From Lytechinus pictus (lineage: Eukaryota), in assembly GCF_037042905.1 (NCBI RefSeq), contig NC_087245.1, positions 26,228,001-26,292,000 on the forward strand: a stretch of DNA of 64,000 bases, given 5' to 3'. The notes beneath the pieces are model-generated. The model saw only the letters and a list, made by a program, of their open reading frames with translations. It did not search any database and was not told where the DNA came from. Made by a program: the position numbers and the translations under genes. This document shows, in pieces, positions 37,815-52,300 of the stretch. Every line of letters begins with the position of its first letter. Positions within the stretch are counted from its first letter, which is position 1.

Positions 37815-37849
37815 TTACTGGTTAGACGTAGATTTTTGCATTGCAGTGA

Positions 37850-38084
37850 ATGGCGAGCGCATATCTAACACACACAGTTCGCTCCGCTCGGCACTTTGGC
37901 CGAGCGCTGGAGTTGCATTCGGCATTGCTCGAAAAGACAGAGTCAGTTTCTTCCTTTATTCCGCTAATTTTGATTGGTCAAAAATTCCCGCGGTTGCTTC
38001 GTACATCTTCGGTAAACATCGGAAATATAATGTACAAGACGGAGTATCCATTACTTTCATGCGAGGAAAGGACCTAATATTCAG
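37850..38084 (+). promoter_or_regulatory. Probable BBS9 promoter and non-coding first exon
   Basis: CpG-rich patch with an inverted CCAAT box (TGATTGG at about 37971). Donor CAG|GTATTT follows 38084. The ATG-bearing exon starts at an acceptor (TTTAG ending 40325), so an upstream exon is needed. Confidence 0.5.
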
Positions 38085-38719
38085 GTATTTATTTTTCTTT
38101 GCTTGAAATCACCTTCTTGTAATCATCGGATCCCTTGTATACTCGGTCAGTAATAAAATTGTATATTTGAGAACATTTTGTTAAATTCTAATCAAATTTG
38201 GTCCGTAGAGAGCCTGCGGATATGAGCTTCAGTTTTGAGTGTCATGAGGTGTTTGTGAATCTGACTCGGCCGATCGAGCAGGGTTGTTTTGAGCGTATAC
38301 GAACAGCTGTGAGTGACGTCATCCCCACTGCGTTGGGCCTTAGATTAGTCTTGGTATTCAGACACAGTATGTTTCAGCCGTTTTATATTTTTTTAAATTA
38401 CGATTTGAGCTCTGTTAATTATGAAAATCAAATTGTTATTTTGAAAATAATTTTATAGAATTTGTGTGAAAAAGGAATTAAGAGCAAAACTGTGAGTAAA
38501 CTTCAAGAATTTTGTTTGATAAGTGATTTTTTTGTTGGAATGCGTCTGAATGTCTAGAATATGGTATTGTTAATGAAAGTCGTATTTTTGAATGGCACAG
38601 AAAGCTCCTTTCATGAATTTAATTTAGAAATAGGTTTACATACATGAGATGTGTTTCATGAATTTGATATCTGATTTATGGACCTTTGTTATGGTGTTAA
38701 TTATTATTTTGAAGATATT

Positions 38720-39580
38720 ATGAAAAAATAAGAGAAGACAATAATGAGGCAACAGTGATGATGAGACATTAATAATATGAGACAATAAATATTGAGACAA
38801 TTATAATAATTATTATTACAATAATAATTATTATGATTATAATGATAACAATTATAATTATAATGACAATAATTATAATTGTAATAATTATTGAGACAAT
38901 ATTAATGAGACATCAATTCTAGTATTTATTGACAATAATAATTATTACAGTAATCATTATTATAATAAAATAATTGTAATGATAACAATTATGATGATGT
39001 AATTTGAATTGTAATAATTACTGAGACAATAATATTAATGAGATATCAATAATAATCATTATAATAATAATGCTTATTTATAATTAAAATAAATATAATT
39101 GTAGAAATAATTATAATTAAAGGCCTTATAATTATTGAGAAAATAATAACTATTATTACAATAATAATAATTATCATAAAATAATTATAATGATAAAAAT
39201 TATAATGAAAGTAATTGTACTTGTAATAATTACTGAGACAGTAATATTGATAAGTCATCAATAATGATTATTATCATAAAAATTATTATAATTATAATTA
39301 TAAAAATAATCATAATTATAATTAAAGGCCTTATAATTATTGAGACAATAATAATTATTATTATGAAATAATTATAACAATAACTATAATGATAGTAATT
39401 ATAATTGTAATAATTATTTAGAAAATAATATTAATGAAACAAAAATAATTGTCATGATAATAATAATTATTATAATTATAATAATAATTGGGACAATAAT
39501 GAAACGATGATGAGACAATAATAATATCAAAAATTTTATTGAGACCACAATAACAAGACAATAATGAGATAATAGACAAT
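38720..39580. repeat. AT-rich (ATA/ATT)n-derived degenerate minisatellite with recurring GAGACAAT
   Basis: Read directly from the sequence. Confidence 0.85.
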
Positions 39581-40366
39581 TGAAATCAATCTGTTTTTAT
39601 TTTTTGATAGAAATCCTAAGATTATTTTAATTCTCTTTCTTTGATTACAAATAATATTCATTGAAAACTTATAATTTCTAATGTTCAAGTAAAGAAAATC
39701 AATATCAAGTCATGTTTACCCTGTGCACAAACCTACCACAGGGCAATTACCCCCGAAACAGGGTTAGGTTAGGTTAGGTGTAGATTTTTGGATAGGGGTA
39801 CAGACTACAGTGTAGTTGTCCGGGGGGGGGGGGGGGTAATTGTCCAGGGTGGGGGAGGGGAATTGTCTGGGGGTGGGGGTGGGGTGTTATCGTCCAGGGG
39901 TAGTTGCCCTTGAACCAAAGAAATCATATGCCAATATGTCAAATCAATCTGAGTACTTTAAGATTTAAATAAAAAGCTTGTACAATTCCCCATTTAGCTA
40001 TGTATTATAAATGTGCCATGCCCAAAACAAAGAGAATAATAAGATTTCGCAATCTTCTTTTGTCCACAAAAAGCACTGTTTTTTCATCACAAAGATGACA
40101 ATAACTTGACTTCTAGATATCGGAATTTGAAAATTCAAACAGTTTTGTGAATCGTAGATATTGAGCCTCATTGTGAGCCTATCAAATATGCTGGAACAGC
40201 CTTTCCTAATTTTCACCTGAAGTGCCTATTGTAAGTATAATTTCTGACTTAGTCTTAGAGAAGTCTTAGGAATTTCATAAATAATTAAATTATGGAATTT
40301 TTCTGTTTTCATTTAATTTATTTAGATTTTCACCTCTGATTCTGAAGATACTAGCAAGAGATAAAG

Positions 40367-43300
40367 ATGTCTTTGTTCAAAGCAAGAGATTGGTGGACAA
40401 CAACGGTTGGTTCAGGAGAGGTCTTTGATCAGGGCAGCCTCGCTGTAGCAAAGATTGATGGAAATTCAGCTTCTCATGGTAAGACATTCATCAAGGCTTT
40501 AATACAAAACCAATGCGAACAGGGCCGTTTCGTAAAGCTCTTCTTAAGGCCACTGCACACCTTACAACTGGTCCACGATCTGATTTTGGAGCAAATCACA
40601 GTTTGCTAATTTTCTGAAAATGTGAAATTTTTATGAAAAATATCCTTTTATTTGAGATATTTGCTGTATTTATTAAGTGAATTTTGACATTTTTTAAGAT
40701 AAAACTGTTAAAATGTTCATACTCTCCATAAAATTGTATTATCTTTGCCCATTTCTGTATTTGTCAAATTTTCATATTTCAGACAAAATTGTTGTTGGAA
40801 GTTTGAATGGGGTTCTTCGGATCTACCAGCCTCAACCGTCTAAAGGAGATAACCTGAAAGCTGAAGATGTAGTTCTTGAAGCTCAGTTGCAGCAACCCAT
40901 CCTTCAGGTTGAAACAGGACGCTTTGTTTCGTAAGTATTATATTTTTTATTCGGCTGCATACAAGATGTACATGTATGCTAACAAAGAGTACAATGCTTT
41001 ACCTAAATCCACTTCCACTATCAATTCATAAACAGTTATCTCATTGACTTCATCATCACAGCTTCATACATCAATAATAGGAACCATCTTCTCCATTTGT
41101 CTGTAGCAGAAGCAACTCTTGCTTTGAATTCTCATTCTTTCCTCATATCATACATATCTGAAACCAACTTCAACCATGGTAGATACTGCTCCAGTAGTTA
41201 CTGTCGAGTGTATCATGGTCTGGTGGTTTTGACTCTCCGCTTTTAAACAGAGGGTCGTGGATTCGAATCCCAGCAATGTATTTGCATGCATGCAGCCATT
41301 GGCCGTGTTGTTTAGGGGGCTCTTCTGGCTGGTGATTGTAATCTTTCCTGCATTAAATTTTCACAAAAGACGAAATGGATTTCATTTTGATGTTGCACTT
41401 TTCCTGTGTCGTTAGGGATATGTATCTGCACAAATACCTATTCTTGACTGGTGACAGTCAGTGTAAGTTCTCATACTCACAGTTTGCTGTGAAAAGGCTG
41501 ATTAATGCATAGATAGGGTTGCTAACAAGTTTTTTGATGAATGCCAGGTAATCTAGCCTACTGGTCATATGGTGGGTTGCATCAATTGGTGTAAAACCAG
41601 GTAAATATTCAACAAATTGGGCATAGCCTAGTTGGAAATCTGACATATTTAACATGGTAAATTGTTAATTTTTATTGATTTGCAGAAAAATCTGTTAGTC
41701 ACTATTACAGAAAAGAGGTTCATTTTCTTCTGTACTTTTTTCCATTTCAATATCATTGTAATTAAAGGGTTTTAAGAGTAGTTAGGCAGTACTGTTACCC
41801 TGGTCACTATTATTTGATCGAAATAGTCACTGCTTACTGTGTCACATGGCATCTAAGTTTTTGGTTGGTAACTCCTTTTGCCAGTGGATTTCTTCCTTCA
41901 AATTATTCTCATAATATCTGTTTCTTATTTCTCATCAGGGCATCAGAATCGGTGCATTTATCTGTACTCCATCCCCGTAAACTGGCAATTTACTCTGTCC
42001 ATGGTGAGTTGTAATGTTATGTTGTGCCATGATCACAGTCATTTTGAATAATGTTACATCCACTTCAATTGGTCTGCTATCATTTGGGTTTTCAGGGGGG
42101 GGGGGAGTTTTATATGTTGTTATATAAATGCTAAAATATTGTTGTTGTTTTTGTCTCGCCTGCATAGCAGAGCGAGACTATAGGCGCCGCTTTTCCGACG
42201 GCGGCGGCGACGGCGGCGGCGGCGGCGGCGTCAACATCAAATCTTAACCTAAGGTTAAGTTTTTGAAATGACATCATAACTTAGAAAGTATATGGACCTA
42301 GTTCATGAAACTTGGACATAAGGTTAATCAAGTATTACTGAACATCCTGCCTGAGTTTCAGGTCACATGACCAAGGTTAAAGGTCATTTAGGGTCAATGA
42401 ACTTAGACCATGTTGGGAAAATTATTTTCAAAATCTTAACCGAAGGTTAAGTTTTTGAAATGACATCATAACTTAGAAAGTATATGGACCTAGTTCATGA
42501 AACTTGGGCATAAGGTTAATCAAGTATTAGTGAACATCCTGCTCGAGTTTCAGGTCACGTGACCAAGGTCAAAGGTCATTTAGGGTCAATGAACTTTGGT
42601 CAAGTTGGGGGTATTTGTTGAATTACTATCATAACTTTGAAAATTTATGGATCTAGTCCATGAAACTTGGACATAAGGTTAATCAAGTATTAGTGAACAT
42701 CCTGCCTGAGTTTCAGGTCACATGACCAAGGTCAAAGGTCATTTAGGGTCAATGAACTTTGGCCAAGTTGGGGGTATTTGTTGAATTACCATCATAACTT
42801 TGAAAATTTATGGATTTAGTTCATGAAACTTGGACATTAGGTTAATCAAGTACCACTGAATATCCTGTGCGAGTTTCAGGTCACATGACCATGGTCAATG
42901 GTCATTTAAGGTCAATGAACTTTGGCCGTGTTGGGGGTATATGTTAAATTACCATCCTAGCTCTGAAAGTTTATGGATCTAGTTCATAAAACTTGGACAT
43001 AAGAGTAATCAAGTATCACTGAACATCCTGTACGAGTTTCAGGTCACATGACCATGGTCAAAGGTCATTGAAATTTGGCCGTGTTGGGGGTATTTGTTGA
43101 ATTACCATCCTAACTGTGAAAGTTTATGGATCTAGTTCATAAAACTTGGGATATAAGAGTAATCAAGCATCACTGAACATCCCCTGTGAGTTTCAGGTCA
43201 CAAAACCAAGTCAAAGGTCAGTTAAGGTCAATAAACTTAGGCCATGTTGGGGTAATTGTTGAAGTGCCATCATAACTTTGAAAGTTTATGGATAGAGTGA

Positions 43301-46300
43301 ATGAAATGTGGACATGGGTGTAGTTGACAGTCTTAAGTCTCCGTTCAAATGTCATTTATGGTCAATGAACGTGGTATTATGTCATTATATGAATGATGTT
43401 TTTGTGAATGATTATTTTATAGTAGTTTTCAAAGTTAGCACTGCTGCTATATTAGATTGCGTAATGCAGGCGAGACTGCCAGAGGCGTTCCACTTGTTTA
43501 GTATTCCTCGTGCAGTTGTGCGAGGAAACGGGTAAATTGTGACATTTCTTTCTGTAATTGATTTCTGCACTGCAAACATATATAGTTACGTATGGCACAC
43601 AACACAGCAGATGATCACTGCTCGGATGATATCAACCTAGAAAATTCTTTTGCCAAATCCACAACATAATACTCTCAGTATTTTGAACTAGAACAAGAGA
43701 GAGCCAATGTTATCAATTGCATGAAAGATTTGTACGAAGGACAAACTGCCTTGTCACCTTCGGATAACACAAAGGAATATGGAATATTTAACATGTATGG
43801 CACTCACACATCTATAAGTACAGAATCCAGTGTTCAAAGTTTTTAATAATACCAATGAATATACATTTTAAGGAAACTTAATTCTATGGAAAATGCCTTG
43901 AGCAGTCTGTTTAAAATTGTTTTGCTTGAGCATAATTAACTCATTAATTTGCACATATTCAAGAAATGGTATTGAACAATTTTACATTTATTGATTTTAA
44001 CATTTTGTACACTAGGCGAAGATGATAATATATGATTTTGTTGTGTTCAGGTGTGACCGGTGCAGTGGAGCATGGTTCTCAGTACCATCTAAAACTCATG
44101 TATGAACACAACCTCCAGAGGACAGCACACAGTCTTGTAGTGGGACCATTTGGAGGGGTCAAAGGTCAGTATTTTGTGTTTCAAAAGTTTTGTACATAAA
44201 ATGGTTTGTACATAAACTGTTTGTTTTTTGTGTTATTTTGGGGGCTTTTGATGTCTATTTCATACTTCACCCCTACTTGTTATTGTTTCCTTTATTGCAC
44301 ATTCAGTTCAAATTTGTTTATATATATTTATGATACTTATTCACATGGCACCGTACCATAATACCTTGCCAAATGGGTTCATGGGAGCCTGAGAACTAGT
44401 CTGGTTTATCATTTTATTTTAATTTCTAATGTCAGTAGGGAAAATAGTGTCTTTTAGGTGCGATAGTGCATTGAGTCACTGTCATAATTTTTTTTGTTAG
44501 ACAGTTCTGATCAGCAGAGACCATCGTAAAGACATCACTGATCCCCCTTTAATACAGACTGTTTAAAAAAGGGAAAAGTTTTCAAATAGATTGATGGCCT
44601 GGTGGCAAAATCAATACTTATACGGGCCAATGAGAGTATGGGCTTAATCTTTTCTTTTCAATGTTATTTAATGTTAATTGTTATCTTGAATATTTGATTT
44701 CTTATCCTCTTTGTACATCATTTGCCTTCAGTCACTTCTTCATATTTGTTTCTCCACCTTTACAGGAAAAGATTTCTTGTGTGTTCAATCAATGGACGGC
44801 ACCGTTTCTTTCTTTGAGCAGGAGAGCTTTGCCTTCAGTCGTTTCCTGCCTGGCTTTCTCCTACCCGGTCCTATCAAATACATTCCACGTACCGATTCCT
44901 TCGTGACGGTGTCGTCCTCATGGCAGGTAGAAAGTTACAAGTATCAGGTCCTTGCTGTGGCCTCTGATTCCAAGACCAAGGAAGAGTCTCAGAAGATGAC
45001 GTTAGGCAAGAGAATCACTGTAAGTTTTTGAGTTGTAATCTTCCCTCTTCTCCAATGAGTCGCTTTTTAAGCCGTATTCAGACATGGTGAGACAAATCAT
45101 CCAGCTTTAATATGCTGATGAGCATGCACTACCCTCTAGTGTAGCTGGAAACCTTGTCAGGAAGGGAAAAATTGTTCTGACATCAAAGGAAAAGGTACCT
45201 CATCCTTTCGGGAAGCACTTTCATACCAACACAAATTTCTGACAAGTAAAAGAAAAAAAAAAGATATTGCACCCCCCTCTTTCTCTTAGTTATGCTAGTG
45301 CCAAATTCAAGCGCAGGCAGAAGACATATTTTTCATTGCCTTATACAAAGTATTGCTGAGCTTTGTTGGTTAGCTTTTTCCATCATATCTGAACAAGGTT
45401 TTAGTGTCCTCTTTTCTATTTCATTCCCCAGCAAGAGCTGACATTTATAGTAATCAGCTGGTGATTGGGAGAGCTGTTGGGTGGCTTATAAAATTTGGCT
45501 CACACTGTTCCGGGGGGGGGGGGGGTGATGGAGTTCAAAGCCAGCAGAAACGGAACATGCATTCTTTATGAATGGGCATATATACTTGTCACAGCACTGG
45601 TATAATTTACAATTGCCATTTCATCTGTATTGAAAAACAGGAGTGTATACTTGAATCAATTTTTCTTGTGGGTATACTGTGCGTTACAATATAGGTCTAA
45701 AATTGATTAAACCTATGCTTATTTCAGATTGTGTTCAAAGTGTAATTACTTGCATATTCTTTAACAGGCTGACTGGACATATCCACTGGGGGAACCTGTC
45801 CTTGATATGTCAGTCATAACTCATGCAAATGCAGTACCATCTATAGTCATATTGGGTAAGTAAATATGAAGGCATGATTTCATATAACATGTTGGTCTCT
45901 ATTCTAAACTGTGAACTATCCATTAGTTTATTGTACATGTAGATTTTCTATTCATCCAATGATCTGACTGGATTAGGTTGAATGATCCGTGATCTTTTCC
46001 TAAAATATACTGTAATCACAATAACTTTATATCTATATTAGAGGTAAGACTACTAAATCATGATTATAAGGTCAATGGTACAAAAAAAATATGGAAAAAA
46101 AATTATTTCAATCACAATGACTATATTTGGAAGCAGAATAATCAAATTCATACCCAAGTTGCATGGCTTGAAGTCATAAACAATTAAAAAAATAAATTAC
46201 AACCTTCATGAAAAGCCACTGGAAATATATATATATTTTTCTTACCTTAGATGCATTTTAACCATATTCAAATGGATTATATCCACTAGGTCTACAAGAT

Positions 46301-49300
46301 GTGGGTCTACTTCTCAATTAGTGTAATACAACATGGGTTAACCCCATTTGGTCTACTATCAATTTAGTCTAATTTCCGTTTGGTGTACATATTACACTTA
46401 GACTAATACCCACTTAGTCTAATTGTATACTGGTGTTTTGGCTCGGTTGGTTGAGCGTCAGTCTCACAACTGGGAGGTCGGGAGTTCAAGCTCCAGCTGT
46501 GTCAGATCGAAAGACGTTAAAAGATTGGAGTTGCTGCTACCCTGTTTGGAGTTTAATAATTTCAAGGAAAAGAGCAATGTTTATCTGGCGCTGCTCAGTG
46601 GCTGCCGGGCCCCCGATCAATTGGACAAAATGAATTTTCGGATGATATCTATTTCTGATTTCTATTTCGAACAACAAAATATGGATTTTCATTTTCATTT
46701 TGCAATATCAGTACAATGCCCAAATGGTCTATTTCACCTGGTCTAATTCATGTGCAAACTTGAAACTTGGATTCATAAGCAATTTATCTTATCGTTAGAC
46801 CAAGTGGGTATTGTATTGTATTAGCTGAAATTGGTATAGCCTAGCAGGAAATTATATAAACCGGTGAATGGGTTTATATATGGCAATTAGACTGAATCTT
46901 AAGTTGATGAACTGGCTGTAGACAAACTAGGATTAGACCATGTGGGATGAGACAAACATTAAGTAGACATTGCAGGTGTAGAACAAGTGGCACTTTACCA
47001 TTCAAACATGGAAATATGCAGAATGAAGACAAAATTATGCCTGCCATTCCGTTTGTATTGAATGTAGTGATAATTTATTGAATAGATGTTATATAAAACG
47101 TGAAAAATTTCAAATTTTTACTACTATCTCTTTTCAGGAGAGAGGTCAGTTGTCTGCCTGAAAGATGTTGGAACGTTGTCTTTTTCTAAAAAGCTTGAGT
47201 ATAATCCCAGTAGCTTCTTCATATATGCCTCATGTAAGTATCAAGTTCATTGACTTTAATACTCCCCGGGGAGTGGAGGGTGTGTAGACATTGTGAGTGG
47301 GAATGACTGACTGAATCTGATGATTGGGTTAATAAGATGTGTACAATTGATGTCTTATATACATTGTAAATAACCAGATGATGATGATTATTATTGTTTT
47401 TATACATTCGTCCTACTACGGGATGTATTATGGTATCACGCTCATTGTCCGTCTGTCTGTTCGTCCTTCCGTCCGTTAACTTTTCTTTGTAAACTTGATA
47501 ACTTCAGTTCAACTTAAAATAGGCTCATATAATTGGTGTGTGGGATACTAGCATGGATCCCAGGAAGCTTATTGATTGGTCAAAAGGTTAAAGGTCAAAG
47601 TGACATGTTTTCATCTTACCCATCCGAAGTCCTTGTAAACGTGATAACTTTAGTTTTACGTAACTTAAGCTCATATAATTTGGTGTGTAGGAATTCTATT
47701 GATTTTAAGGTCAAAGGTCAAGTCGCCACCTTCAACTTTTCTTGCTTGACCAATGAATCCATTTTGAGCGTTACAGGCGAGCGTATTATGTGCTGGCCCC
47801 AGCGACACTCTTGTTGTTATTGTTGTTATTATTATTGATCAATCTTGCACAAATATCTTTTCAGAATGATATAGAGCACCACATAAATGATGTAGAATGC
47901 CCAAAGAGATAACTATTATTTGAATTAAATACTTTTATGGGAATATAAATGTCTTGCTCCTCCATTTCTTTCTCTTGATAGTAAATGAGAATAGCATACA
48001 GTATATGGTTGGTACCCATACCAGGCAACTTTTGGTCTATGAAGATGCAACACTCAAGTGGGCAGCCAAGCTTGAACATGTTCCAGTCGCCTTGCGAATT
48101 GGAGAGTTCCAGTAAGTTACACTCTATATTTTTCTTTCTCATAAATTTACATATATACCATATGAAACGAATATGGCAACCCAGCTCATCACCAAAGATA
48201 AAGGCATAAGTTGTCATCGATTTGTTTTGTGTCTCTGATATGTTACAAAAATGAAGCCCAGTAAAAAATCAACATCTAAAAATAAGTATCTAGTGCTTTA
48301 AAAAGGTAAAATCTAAAAAGATCAGAAACACCATCTTAATTTCATTATTAATTAACAAAGAGCAGTATGATAAGTAGAAGTGGAAATTAGGCTATCTGGG
48401 CTTTAAACTAAATTAGAAAATTGACCAAGTGATGGTTGGACTAAACGGTAATTAGACCAAATTGATCGTAGACCGATTGGATGTAGCCATGATGGTGTTA
48501 GCCAATCTGAGAATTAGACCATATGTTTGTACACCAAGTTGATACAAACCTCCTATTTACAACATATATTTGGTTTCCTTTCCAGAGATTTAAAAGGAAT
48601 TATTGTCAGCCTTGATGATGAAGGACACCTGATGTGTTCCTACCTCGGTACCGATCCGTCCCTCTTTGTGGTGCCTCCACCGGATTCTAGGGAAATAGAC
48701 TATGACAACCAAGACAAGGAAATGAAAGATCTTCAGAGAATCATCAAGGATTCATCTCATAAAGCAGGTAAGCTTTTCATTCTTTAGATTGTAGACATTC
48801 ATGCTTGAATGAAATACTAAGTCACCTGCATGAAATGTGTTTGTGTGTGGTTGTGTTTGTAAGAGAGTTTTTAAAGTGTGTCAATCAGATATGATTATTT
48901 ACATGTGGGCAGCCCTTTAGCATCATCATCTGAAGATGTGACTAGAGTTCGAACATTGAACCTCTGCATCAATTTGTAACTTCACCATCTAGCTTTGATT
49001 ACAGTTGAGTGTTGCAGTGTCCAGTTTCATTCATTATGTTTGTCTCTTTTCTAGATATGTGTAGGATTCAAGTTAGTCTGTTACAGAAACAAATCATCGC
49101 ATTCCTTTCAACGAAAAACTAAACTGATATGCAGCATTTACATATTGGTTTATACTCATTTTTTAAAGTAATAGCACTAGTAATCATATAATCATAATCC
49201 GTATTCATAACACAATTGATTTGATGTAGAATTCTTTGTAATGAACAATGTTCAAAATCCTTCATTAGAATCAACTCTGCAATTTTGTGTGTGTTTGAGT

Positions 49301-52300
49301 GTTTATAGCATAATTTATACAATGTAATGATGTTTGATATTATCTGTTTGTAGATTTTGCTCCTAAGAAGAAGATTGATGATGATCTCACAATGACAGCT
49401 TCTGTACCATCCAATCTAGATGCGAGTTCAGTAAGTTCAACCATTTACACTATGTTAGATAGCAATCTCCACTTTATTGTCAATCAATCTATTCTATTCT
49501 ACTGACTGCACAACCTCCAACCTCTGGGTAGTATTCCAACAATGAGTTGTCAGTCTGTTCTAATTGCTAAGCCAGCGACATTGACATAACCATTATTGAA
49601 GAGTGATCTGTTCTTTCATGCCACAATATTAAATTATTATTGCACTGTCTTGTAGCCTTACCCTTCAGCTGCCTCTACTACATCCCTTCATTTAGAATGT
49701 CTCATCAAGAATCTCATTATTTGCCTTTATTTTATTTTGTCAGGCTGCTCAAGAAACGGAGATACCAGATGAAGATCAGATTCCTTTATTAACTGTAAAG
49801 GTAAGTACTGCTTTATATTAGTAATGTGCAGAGTCATATGTAACTTACAAATATTATCATTATTGCTATTATTATTATTTGACCAAATCACACAATACAT
49901 GATACAAACATAAATTACTTTCACATGATAGAAAACAAACGATACAGAATGGAGTAGTGCTACTCGCTGGTCAGGGATGATAAAAGCATAATAAAAAGCT
50001 GTTGCTCAGAAGCATCAATAGCTTAAGAAAACGACCCTAGGTTCTTTGTGCATTACCTCAGTAGGTTTTTACATGCAAGACATCAATGAACACGGTCTGA
50101 AGGTGATATGAGAAAATGGAGAAGCACGTTAGGAAACTTGAAGAAAATATTTTTTTAGACATCAAATGTGAGGGCTAAACTTCTCTAAACATACAGCATT
50201 ACTCAAACTATATCTATCTGATAGGCACTCACTCTCTCGACACTTTGAAATACTGTTTTAACGATGTGGATGATGATGCAGTTAGCTGCTGTTACAAATG
50301 GATTACTTTCATGAAAAAAATATCAGGTAACTTGTAAAGAATAAGCAGCTACCTAGACCCAGGCCTACCATGAACATTTGATGTGATTTTAATATAAATG
50401 TGATTTTAAAGAGCATATCACTGTTGATTTAATCATAATTGTTATTTACATCATTTTCCAGCTCACATTGAAGAGTCAGACTGGAATATCTAATGTACGA
50501 GTTTTACTACACTGTCCGTATCCATTGGCTGCAACACAGAGTACTTTCACCATTCCATATGTCGGTAAGCTCTCACTTTTATGAGATATTCTTGCAGAGA
50601 TTTCATTTATATAAATCATTTTACCTTGTAGAAGTTAGAATCTTTATCATGAAATGTGCTATATCTTTGACAATTATGGACATTCTTATGTTGGAGAAGA
50701 GTGTAAAGCAACTTTCAAAACTTGGGTTGTTTGGGGGGACTTGAGCTTTAATTTTCAATGTGCCACATTGATTTATGTTGGAAAGTATTTTTTTCTTCAA
50801 ATTTCTAAGATAATGATGAAAAAGCCTTGCTTGGTGAAGATTACTCAAAAATAATCCACAGACATACAATACAATGAGCATTGTTGTTTTACAAGGTCTG
50901 TACCGCCAGCATTAAAGAGAAAATGAATTGTTGCGAATGTATAGATAATAAGTATGATTGCATCAAAATGTATCTGTGGCATGCTAAATGAATGCCCTTT
51001 GTTCTGCAGGAGATGTGTCTAATCCCACTACCACAATGATCACGTTCTTCATGAGAGGACATTGTTTACCAGCTTCACTAGTTGCTAGGGCAACAGCAAC
51101 ATACACTACATCAGCAGGTAAATATCTTGAAGTAGTCCCATTTTCTGCATTTACAGTAGAGGTTAGACTAAAGAGAGTTGATATTGAAGATGTGCCTTTT
51201 CTATCTATGTTTAATTGTTTTTTATATCAAGTTCTCAGAATATACTTTCTCTGGTATTCTGCACACTTTTTCATACCCCCATATACAGTGGTGCTCAAAA
51301 ATTAGTGAACCCCAGATTCAAAGTGTTCCAAGTTCTGTAATGTTTTAGATATTTAATTGTGATGTCATGTGATAAAGTGTTACATTCAATAAAGTTTGTT
51401 TATCTGGGCTCGCCGAACATTGTAGTGTTGTTTTCTAGATTCAACACTCAGCATGAAGGCGTGCATTTTGTGGTGGGATTTACTAACTTTTTAGCACAAC
51501 TGTAGGCCCACCCACACACACATGCTCATTCATCTTGGATAGTAAGGGCAAGTGGCAAAGTTGTAAACATAAAATGAGAGGTGCTGTCCTCAAATTGTCT
51601 CTCTATAGTTAGCTGTGGTTCATTTAAGGTGTGAATTTCATATCATGCGAAAGCTGTAATATTAATAACGACATTTATTGAATTCAGACTATCAGATTTG
51701 TAATTTATTTCTTAAATAGTGCAACTCTGTTGGGACCTGGTTTACACGGTCATGATTTCTGTCATGTATTCTCTCATTATCTGTTGAGTGCAATCAAATC
51801 TTTTGATGAAGAGCTACATGTACACTGAAAAGGTTAATTTTTGTCTCGCCTGCATAGCAGAGCGAGACTATAGGCGCCGCTTTTCCGACGGCGGCGGCGG
51901 CGTCAACATCAAATCTTAACCTAAGGTTAAGTTTTTGAAATGACATCATAACTTAGAAAGTATATGGACCTAGTTCATGAAACTTGGACATAAGGTTAAT
52001 CAAGTATTACTGAACATCCTGCCGGAGTTTCAGGTCACATGACTAAGGTCAAAGGTCATGTAGGGTCAATGAACTTAGACCATGTTGGGAGAATTATTTT
52101 CAAAATCTTAACCAAAGGTTAAGTTTTTGAAATGACATCATAACTTAGAAAGTATATGGACCTAGTTCATGAAACTTGGGCATAAGGTTAATCAAGTATT
52201 AGTGAACATCCTGCTTGAGTTTCAGGTCACATGACCAAGGTCAAAGGTCATTTAGGGTCAATGAACTTTGGTCAAGTTGGGGGTATTTGTTGAATTACTA

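Noticed and set aside
37992..38006. X-box at the BBS9 promoter (GTTGCTTCGTAC)
   Set aside because: Only a half-site matches; too weak to call.
46433..46500. tRNA-Val-like gene
   Set aside because: Degenerate cloverleaf followed by a SINE core.
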